Below, one piece after another: positions 7,603-13,609 of a DNA stretch of 13,609 nucleotides (position 1 is the stretch's first letter; each line of letters begins with the position of its first letter). The notes beneath the pieces are model-generated. The model searched no databases, was not told the origin of the DNA, and was given only the letters and a program-made list of their open reading frames with translations. The DNA is from an uncultured Candidatus Bathyarchaeia archaeon (lineage in GTDB: Archaea; Thermoproteota; Bathyarchaeia; Bathyarchaeales; Bathycorpusculaceae): the NCBI GenBank assembly GCA_964450845.1, contig CAYVGZ010000041.1:1-13609 (forward strand), read 5' to 3'. Made by a program: the position numbers and the translations under genes.

Positions 7603-7863
7603 TCAAACCTCCATCTCCATAAGAGCAGCTTCAATCGTCTTCATGCTTGGGCAAATGCCCATGATTTTTATCTTTCCCTCGTTGAAAACCATGGCTGGCA
7701 CTACAGTCAAGCCATAGCTGTTAAACTGTTCACAAGGTCCAATATGCTTTATTACGTCAACTCTCTCGCCATACTTCTCCTTAAGCAAGTACGCAATTTC
7801 CAACAGCTTCAAGCATCCCGCACACGGCGGTTCAGCCGTAAAAACCTCAACCTTAACAACCAT
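7603..7863 (-). CDS. Small thioredoxin-fold protein (CAGC) with extra Cys44 and Cys71
   Basis: EVFTAEPPCAGC, YGLTVVPAMVFN (cis-Pro loop) and GICPS; GAGGAG upstream. Confidence 0.85.
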   Translation of the reverse strand: MVVKVEVFTAEPPCAGCLKLLEIAYLLKEKYGERVDVIKHIGPCEQFNSYGLTVVPAMVFNEGKIKIMGICPSMKTIEAALMEMEV

Positions 7864-7876
7864 ATGGCTTTCTCCT

Positions 7877-8200
7877 CTAGATTATCTGCTCTATTATCCG
7901 ATTTGAAAGAACCTCAGCCAGTTGAGGAGTAATCGAATCAACTACCTGAAATATTCTTGGATCTGTGACTGAATATAATCTTCTGTTTCCATCTTTCCTG
8001 TCCTTTACAAGTCCGCAGTCTTTGAGAATTTTTAGGTGACGTGAAACCAATGGCTGAATCAGACTAACGTGTGGAACTATCTCACACACGCATCTTTCTC
8101 CTTTGCGTAGAAATTCAACTATTTCAAGTCTCGCTGTATCAGAAAGGGCGTTGAAAATTTTCGCCTTCAACCTATTCTGGTTGTTTCTTTTCGGATGCAT
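7877..8200 (-). CDS. arsR: ArsR/SmtB-family transcriptional repressor with an alpha3 CxC metalloid site
   Basis: IFNALSD..RL.I...L, ERCVCEI (compare ArsR ELCVCDL), QPLVSRHLKILKDCGLV, G.RRLYS. Confidence 0.9.
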   Translation of the reverse strand: MHPKRNNQNRLKAKIFNALSDTARLEIVEFLRKGERCVCEIVPHVSLIQPLVSRHLKILKDCGLVKDRKDGNRRLYSVTDPRIFQVVDSITPQLAEVLSNRIIEQII

Positions 8201-8216
8201 GCTTCAGAGTAGGTCG

Positions 8217-8240
8217 ATAACAATATTTAAATATTGCTAT
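8217..8240. promoter_or_regulatory. Palindromic operator containing a bidirectional TATA box
   Basis: ATAACAATATTT/AAATATTGCTAT: a 12-0-12 inverted repeat with 11 of 12 positions paired and a perfect 16-bp core (8221-8236). TTTAAATA reads on both strands (+ 8226-8233, - 8231-8224), between divergent arsR and thioredoxin genes. Confidence 0.75.
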
Positions 8241-8270
8241 ACGCTTCTCATTCCCAAAAAGGCGAAGAAT

Positions 8271-8540
8271 ATGAAAGAAGTGAAAGTGGAAGTAATTGTA
8301 CCCGAACCAGCATGTGCGCGTTGTCAAACAGCCAAAAAAGTTGTGGATAAAGCTGCAGAGAAACTTCAGACTGAATTGAACATAAAAATAGAGAAAGTAA
8401 ATATCATTTCAAAAGAAATCGTGAAAAAATATGGAGTTTTGATTTCTCCAGCCATAGCAATCAACGGCGTAGTTAAAGTAATGGGAAGGATGCCCAGTGA
8501 AGATGAAATTGCAAGATTGATGAAAGACGCTGCCAGGTAG
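8271..8540 (+). CDS. Small thioredoxin-fold (redox-active disulfide) protein, CARC; 89 aa
   Basis: MKEVKVEVIVPEPACARC...KYGVLISPAIAING...GRMPSEDEI. True start is ATG 8271; the ORF-track extension from 8103 overlaps arsR and the promoter. Confidence 0.87.
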   Translation: MKEVKVEVIVPEPACARCQTAKKVVDKAAEKLQTELNIKIEKVNIISKEIVKKYGVLISPAIAINGVVKVMGRMPSEDEIARLMKDAAR

Positions 8541-8553
8541 GACTCGGAAAAGA

Positions 8554-9597
8554 ATGAATCGAAAAGTTATCAGAAAAATCCGAATAATTCTCTTGTTGCT
8601 TTTCGTTTTTGCAGTTGTAGGCTACCTAATCTTCACGCGAATTAAAGCTTATTCGATAGGTCCCACATTGCCGCCAGAATACTTCTCGCAGCTTAACTGG
8701 TACGAAATTCCATTCCATTATTTATGGGATTATTTCTCTCACGGGTGGATTTGCCTTCTTTTCGCGTTTACGGCTGCAGGTCTGGTATACGAGTTCATTC
8801 CAAAAGAGATGGTGACAAATTATATGAGTAGCAGTAAAATCGCAGGCTACGCAATAGGCGCTGGGCTTGCGCCATTCTTTACAGTGTGCTCATGCACTAT
8901 GGTTCCCCTTTTCGCAGGAATACTCTACACAGGTGCGGGAATAGGTCCAGCGATTACATTTCTTCTTATGGCTCCAGCCGCAAACATACTTACAGTGCTA
9001 ATTACTGGAGAGTTTATTTCGTGGGAAATTGCTGGAGTACGCATATTAGTCTCTTTCATGACGGCGGTGCTTGCTGGCGTAATAATTTCAAAAATTCCTT
9101 TGGGAAAAGCAATCGAGAAAGAACATCAAATTAGTCAAAATTCCGGCATAGTTAAGCAGACTGTTGAAATTGTTAAGCCTCCGCTTGATGAGAGGTTGAT
9201 TTCTGCATTGAAGTTTGGAGGATTTTTAGGGAAGCAAATTTTGCCCTTTTTCATTTTGGGACTTGTGGTTGTGAGTTACGTTACGGCTTACACTCCTACG
9301 AATATTGTGGAAGGATATTTGACTGGAGTAAGAGGCGTGCTAGTGGCATCTGTTATAGGAGGGCCACTTTATACTCCGACGCTTGTTGAAATAGCCTTAG
9401 GTAGAGAACTCCTCGCAAAAGGCATGTCAACGGCTGCGCTTCTTTCGTGGCTTATGGGACAACCCTATGACATACCAAACATGATAGCGGTTTCAAGAAT
9501 TGTAAAGTGGAAGGTCGTTTTAACATATGCATTTATTGCATGGGCGTGCAGCGTGACTTTCGGACTGCTATATGGGTTAATAACAAGCTCTTTATAG
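8554..9597 (+). CDS. ArsP/DUF318-family permease
   Basis: Multiple TM segments, PFFTVCSCTMVP (CSC motif), GIGPAITFLLMAPAAN and a second-half G.PLY motif. Located between the thioredoxin gene and arsC. Confidence 0.85.
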   Translation: MNRKVIRKIRIILLLLFVFAVVGYLIFTRIKAYSIGPTLPPEYFSQLNWYEIPFHYLWDYFSHGWICLLFAFTAAGLVYEFIPKEMVTNYMSSSKIAGYAIGAGLAPFFTVCSCTMVPLFAGILYTGAGIGPAITFLLMAPAANILTVLITGEFISWEIAGVRILVSFMTAVLAGVIISKIPLGKAIEKEHQISQNSGIVKQTVEIVKPPLDERLISALKFGGFLGKQILPFFILGLVVVSYVTAYTPTNIVEGYLTGVRGVLVASVIGGPLYTPTLVEIALGRELLAKGMSTAALLSWLMGQPYDIPNMIAVSRIVKWKVVLTYAFIAWACSVTFGLLYGLITSSL

Positions 9598-9619
9598 AAA
9601 CTCAGCCTAAGATTGACAT

Positions 9620-10018
9620 ATGAAGAAAATTCTTTTTGTTTGTGTCGAAAATGCTGGTAGAAGTCAGATGGCTGAGGGTTTTGCGAAATATTATGGAAAA
9701 GGCAAGGTTGAAGCCTTGAGTGCTGGTACAATGCCTTCAACTGAGGTTAATCCAATCGTCGTTCAAGTGATGCGAGAGAAGGGAATTGACGTATCAAAAA
9801 ATAAGCCGAAACTTGTTAACACGCAAATGGTTCAGGAGGCAGATGTGATAATAGTGATGGGGTGTGATCCTCAGGGATTCTGCCCTGCGTCTTTTCTCAG
9901 CAAAGTGGTAGACTGGAAGCTTGAAGATCCGAAAGGAAAGCCGATAGAAAAAGTTAGAGAGATAAGAGATGAAATCGAGAGAAGAGCTAAGAAGCTAGTT
10001 GAAGAGATTATTTCATGA
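9620..10018 (+). CDS. arsC: Arsenate reductase ArsC, LMW-PTPase fold, thioredoxin-coupled type
   Basis: P-loop CVENAGRSQMAEG (Cx5R), SAGT, a distal Cys pair in MGCDPQGFCP, DW.LEDP and VREIRDEI. Confidence 0.88.
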   Translation: MKKILFVCVENAGRSQMAEGFAKYYGKGKVEALSAGTMPSTEVNPIVVQVMREKGIDVSKNKPKLVNTQMVQEADVIIVMGCDPQGFCPASFLSKVVDWKLEDPKGKPIEKVREIRDEIERRAKKLVEEIIS

Positions 10019-10346
10019 ATCTTAACATGTAATCGTTCACAGTCTGCAGAAATGCTTCTTCCAATTCTATGCCATAATGTTCAGCCAAAACAAAGATTAT
10101 GTAAAGCAAATCTGAAAGCTCTGTGGCTAACATCTCTTTACTTTTGATTTTTTCAGGAGGCTTAAAGCCTTCCAATCCTTTAACTACAGCGGCTACTTCG
10201 CCAGCCTCTTCAAGTAAATCAGTAACCATGACAAAGGGGGTCCAGCCTTGTCCTCTCGATGGGTCGAGCTTGTCATTGATCTTCCTGAAGTTTTTCCAAC
10301 AGAGATGCTGAGCATCACGTAGAGTAACAGACACACGATTCACCAC
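10008..10346 (-). CDS. MazG-like all-alpha nucleotide pyrophosphohydrolase
   Basis: LLEEAGEVA...ELSDLLY acidic metal-binding pattern and LA..YGIELEEAF. Its 3' end overlaps that of arsC by 11 bp. Confidence 0.8.
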   Translation of the reverse strand: MVNRVSVTLRDAQHLCWKNFRKINDKLDPSRGQGWTPFVMVTDLLEEAGEVAAVVKGLEGFKPPEKIKSKEMLATELSDLLYIIFVLAEHYGIELEEAFLQTVNDYMLRFMK

Positions 10347-10466
10347 TATCGAATTTACAGTGTTAAGTTAATAAACGATTTCGGGTTCTCGATTTTTATG
10401 GGTTATTCTACATCAAACCATTAATGGAGACGTTTCCTGCAATTCCTCATTTTTTCAGTGTGCATG

Positions 10467-11435
10467 TCATTTGAGAGTGGTTTGTTCATTCGGCCTCAAC
10501 CATTTGCTTTTCCATAACCACAACAGCGGCAAGATTATGGACAGTATTATTGCAGCGTAGATTATTATGTAATCTGTGTTTCCGAATTGTGATATTCCAA
10601 AGAAAGTGGCAACTGTATTTGGGAATGAGGTGATGGTGGTTATTATTGTTAAATAAAATATGACGATTGTTAAGGCTTTTATTGCTGAGTTAATCTTGTT
10701 CGATATTGCTGAGAGATATACACTGATCGCGTCTGTCAATATTTCTCTGTACGACTCTACTATGTCTATCTGCCTCGTTAGGAATTCATGTGCAGTATCA
10801 AATAGGCTTCGAGCCTTTGCCGTTATACATGTTGCTTGGGTTTTCCTTAGGTTGAAGATGAGCCCTCTTTCGTACCACAAGATTTTGTTGAAGCTCACCA
10901 TTCTGGACTTCAATCTAAACAGTCTTCTAATAGTATCTATGTCTGCTTTCTTCATCACATCTTCTTCAAGCGTCGCGGTAAGTTCTTCCATTTTCTGAAG
11001 ATGAGAGAAACTGCTGTCAATAATCTCATCTAAGATGTAATATGCAACAATCGATGGGGGGTCATTTCTTGTTTTGAGCATTCTTGCTTTTGCCAAATCA
11101 ATGATTTTCCGATATTCTTTCTTTTCGACAGTTATTAGGAAGTCCTTTGAAAATATTATAGTTATAGGATAGATTTTTTTGGAAGAGATGATTTCGGAAA
11201 TGACGACAAAGTTGATCACTCCAAAGTCTTGTTCCCATCTCAAACTGATACTTTGACTGATCTCTTTAATCTCCAGCAGGTCAACTGGTATTTCGGTCTT
11301 CTCTGAAACAGCAACCAATTCCTCCTTCGTTGGTTCCTCCAGTTCCAGCCAAACATTCGTCAATCTCAGATTTCTGAGATCTTCTGGCTTGAGTTCCTTT
11401 TTAGAATCGCTGACTAGATCAATAAAGTTGATCAT
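10467..11435 (-). CDS. corA: CorA/ZntB-like divalent cation channel with a non-canonical signature (GIS for GMN)
   Basis: W..L..PT.EEL, long stalk helices (ILDEIID...LE..., LK..MV...K), SNKIN..IK.LT and two C-terminal TM segments flanking P.T...FFGIS. Confidence 0.8.
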   Translation of the reverse strand: MINFIDLVSDSKKELKPEDLRNLRLTNVWLELEEPTKEELVAVSEKTEIPVDLLEIKEISQSISLRWEQDFGVINFVVISEIISSKKIYPITIIFSKDFLITVEKKEYRKIIDLAKARMLKTRNDPPSIVAYYILDEIIDSSFSHLQKMEELTATLEEDVMKKADIDTIRRLFRLKSRMVSFNKILWYERGLIFNLRKTQATCITAKARSLFDTAHEFLTRQIDIVESYREILTDAISVYLSAISNKINSAIKALTIVIFYLTIITTITSFPNTVATFFGISQFGNTDYIIIYAAIILSIILPLLWLWKSKWLRPNEQTTLK

Positions 11436-11760
11436 GCTGCATACACTTCCATTCTTCGATTTGCGTCCTCTGCCGATAAAATCCTTTCCTTTTTGAAAAT
11501 GCGATTGGCAATCACAAGTTTTACTGCGAACGTGGTAGCATTCGTGGGAAGGATAAGTGTTATAAGATTAGAATGGAAGGCATTTTTGGTGTCTTTTTCG
11601 TTGTGGTGTCTTTAGGGCAGTTAATTTGCTGAATCAAGCCTTGCGGTGTTCTAGGTATTTCGAAGTTAGCGAATAGGGTAGACGAATTGAAAAAAACTTG
11701 CAGTTTGAGGGGAAATAGACGAGATTGAGAAGTGGTTCTTTAAGCTACATTTTTACAATT

Positions 11761-11779
11761 TCTTTGAAAATTTCAAAGA
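11761..11779. repeat. Perfect 9-1-9 inverted repeat in the corA / membrane-protein divergent intergenic region
   Basis: TCTTTGAAA-A-TTTCAAAGA. Confidence 0.6.
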
Positions 11780-11899
11780 GTGTCTTGCGAACGCGCGTAA
11801 ATGATTTGAGAAGGATTGCGAGCGCGCTTGTTGTTGGGCTAAACGCTATGCAGACAAAACCGTTAATATTTTAGCCACTAAAGTTTACAGTGAAGACTT

Positions 11900-12316
11900 G
11901 TGGACTCGATACTACGGAACATAAGGGCGAGAAGTTTTGAAAGTTTAAGTAGTTTTTTTCTTGGAGTTTTTGTAGGGTTTCTCATAATTGCTTTCGGTGG
12001 TGGAGTTCTTCCGATAATTGCCTATCTTATTGGAGGCTTTTTTGCAGGGTTAATCGCGGGAAGTGGAATGGGCAAAGGAGCGTTGGCTGGTTTTCTGGCT
12101 GGAGCGTTTGGCGCAGTAATTGCCACAGTGCTTCTGATAGGTGGGCTGATGTCGCTGAGCGGAATATTGGGCGAGTTTAGAGAGGTTTTCATGAGCGAAG
12201 GGCTAGGGCTTGCCATAAGAATCGTGGCAATTTTACTGAACATTTTTGGCATAGTTGTTGCCGCTGCCGGAGGCTTGGTTGGAGGTCTAGTTCGAGCGAT
12301 AATAGAAACGTCTTAG
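11900..12316 (+). CDS. Small Gly-rich multi-pass membrane protein (resembles DUF5518-type archaeal proteins)
   Basis: About four hydrophobic segments with GxxxG repeats (GGFFAGLIAG, GALAGFLAG, GGLVGG). TTAATATT lies about 30 nt upstream of the GTG. Confidence 0.7.
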   Translation: MDSILRNIRARSFESLSSFFLGVFVGFLIIAFGGGVLPIIAYLIGGFFAGLIAGSGMGKGALAGFLAGAFGAVIATVLLIGGLMSLSGILGEFREVFMSEGLGLAIRIVAILLNIFGIVVAAAGGLVGGLVRAIIETS

Positions 12317-12490
12317 GTTAGCTTGTCGTTACGTGTCAGGTCTTCAGTGGAGGAGACATTAGCCAAAGTTAACGCCAAAGTGGTTGAGTTTTGGTTCATT
12401 GACCGAGAACTAATAAGACAAAATCTAACATAGAGTCAATTACGACTTCAAGGTATTTATAGAGGGGTATAACTTCCCACAGAGACCATC

Positions 12491-12505
12491 AGAACAAACA
12501 AAAAA
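12491..12505 (-). terminator. Oligo-T terminator candidate for the radical SAM gene
   Basis: The minus strand reads TTTTTTGTTTGTTCT immediately after the TGA. Confidence 0.45.
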
Positions 12506-13609
12506 TCACGGAATTATTTCGCATCCGTTGTACTTCATAAATTCAAAATCTTCCTGGCTTATCCTTCCATTTTCCATAAGCCTTCTGATTCTTGGAACCT
12601 CTTCGGCTACTGCATCTACAAGATTCCGCACAGTACCACAGACCAAACCATATTCTTCCTTGCTCCACCGTTTGGTGATGTTGGCGTAAAGGCATCGACC
12701 ACCGCAAATGTTGAAAATATCGCATTTTGTGCATGGTTCGCCGACGAAAACCTTCTTCAGTTTCAATGGGTTTGCATTGCTGATGTGTCCTAAATAATAG
12801 TCTTTCATTCCCCACATTGCTGGACACGGAACAATATAACCATCTGTTTGTATGGCATAGTTTATCCATCCTCCTCCACAACGCAAAAGACTCTTCTCTT
12901 CGCCAGATAGAAGCGATTGAGCAATTCCAAGGAATGGATAAAGCCGCAAAACAACTCCATTCTTCTCCATTTGATCAACCCAAAACTTGACAAGCTTTCG
13001 TATTCCAAGATTGTAGCTTTCTTCACTCCACCTTTTGAAGTCTCTCCTTGCAAAATCGTTTCCCCAAAAACCAGCATTCAGTTGCCAATGCACAGAAGAA
13101 AACGGAAATATCTCGTTATCCAAAAACCATCTAATCTGCTTGTAAATATCCGTTTGTTCCATAACCGTCATTCTAGCAATTAACTCGCCTCCAAAACCGT
13201 TTCGTCTAATCAACTTTAAATTGTTAACTACTTTTCTGAAAGTGCCTTTTCCCCTATAATAATCAGTTAAGGCTTCATCACCGTCTATGGAAACGAGAAT
13301 TGTGTGAAGACGGTTAACATATTCTGGCTCTAATCGATGCAATAGTAATCCGTTCGTTTGTATCATGAAATGTTTAGCTTTCACATTGTCCATGATTTGT
13401 TTGATTTCGCTAATGCAGAGCAATGGTTCTCCACCGTAGAAGGTTAAAACACATTCATCGTCTCGCCTACAAAACTTGTCAAGCAGGTTAACTTCATAAT
13501 TTATTTTTTTAGGCAAACGATAGTTAACATCAAAATTTAGGAAACTGTCATCCATGTCCTCTAGTGCTTCGCCGAAACAATATTTGCATTCTAAATTGCA
13601 CTCGCCTGT
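12506..13609 (-). CDS. Radical SAM/SPASM-domain protein (resembles the archaeal AF0577/TIGR04084 type), 5'-truncated
   Basis: The frame is open to the window edge: TGECNLECKYCFGE contains the CxxxCxxC motif missed by the ORF track. Also FYGGEPLL, QTNG, SIDG, a Cys-rich SPASM region (CGGG, PCP, CTKC...CGGRC) and a C-terminal CEIIP. Confidence 0.88.
   Translation of the reverse strand, partial: TGECNLECKYCFGEALEDMDDSFLNFDVNYRLPKKINYEVNLLDKFCRRDDECVLTFYGGEPLLCISEIKQIMDNVKAKHFMIQTNGLLLHRLEPEYVNRLHTILVSIDGDEALTDYYRGKGTFRKVVNNLKLIRRNGFGGELIARMTVMEQTDIYKQIRWFLDNEIFPFSSVHWQLNAGFWGNDFARRDFKRWSEESYNLGIRKLVKFWVDQMEKNGVVLRLYPFLGIAQSLLSGEEKSLLRCGGGWINYAIQTDGYIVPCPAMWGMKDYYLGHISNANPLKLKKVFVGEPCTKCDIFNICGGRCLYANITKRWSKEEYGLVCGTVRNLVDAVAEEVPRIRRLMENGRISQEDFEFMKYNGCEIIP

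Noticed and set aside
7602-7634. ORF-track start (MKLLLWRWRFD) of the second thioredoxin paralogue
   Set aside because: It lies inside the upstream gene. GTG 7601 has an SD and aligns residue for residue with the paralogue.
7304-7932. 72-aa and 137-aa + strand ORFs
   Set aside because: Antisense shadows of the thioredoxin and arsR genes.
8103-8270. N-terminal extension of the + strand thioredoxin ORF
   Set aside because: It overlaps arsR antisense and runs through the operator/TATA; the thioredoxin fold begins at ATG 8271.
10008-10018. 11-bp convergent overlap of arsC and the MazG-like gene as an island boundary
   Set aside because: Short tail-to-tail overlaps are common in compact archaeal genomes. 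No flanking direct repeats, integrase or tRNA were seen, so no mobile element is called.
11432-11620. Open minus-strand frames upstream of corA, one ending in an ATGA overlap
   Set aside because: No plausible start except a GTG giving 27 aa, and no homology cues.
12313-12461. 28-aa minus-strand ORF (12399-12313, MNQNSTTLALTLANVSSTEDLTRNDKLT) with TATAAATA at 12461-12454, as a candidate SPASM precursor peptide
   Set aside because: No SD, poor BRE, no Cys or RiPP-like motif, and it lies beyond the radical SAM terminator. Not distinguishable from chance.
12543-13183. Several short ORFs nested in the radical SAM gene
   Set aside because: Alternative-frame or antisense shadows without motifs.

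Overview
Archaeal genomic window. Gene content (Trm1, crenarchaeal-type MetRS, cdrS-ftsZ, e-MtaB, TATA-type promoters) suggests a TACK archaeon such as Bathyarchaeia; this is inference only. Left: housekeeping genes (trm1 3' part, a membrane-anchored surface protein, metG, a PHP phosphoesterase, a cdrS-ftsZ unit whose 51-aa cdrS is absent from the ORF track, an e-MtaB-like methylthiotransferase, a stand-alone beta-barrel protein). Middle (6995-10018): a divergent arsenic/metalloid-type cluster around one palindromic, shared TATA/operator. Its leftward arm is arsR, two Cys-rich thioredoxin-fold paralogues and a hidden, frameshifted ORF. That ORF reconstructs to a SAMP/MoaD-like ubiquitin-fold protein ending in Gly-Cys rather than Gly-Gly. 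The rightward arm is a third thioredoxin-fold protein, an ArsP/DUF318-type permease and ArsC. Right: a MazG-like pyrophosphohydrolase, a CorA-like channel with GIS in place of the GMN signature, a Gly-rich membrane protein and a 5'-truncated radical SAM/SPASM gene. No rRNA, tRNA, CRISPR array or mobile element was recognised.
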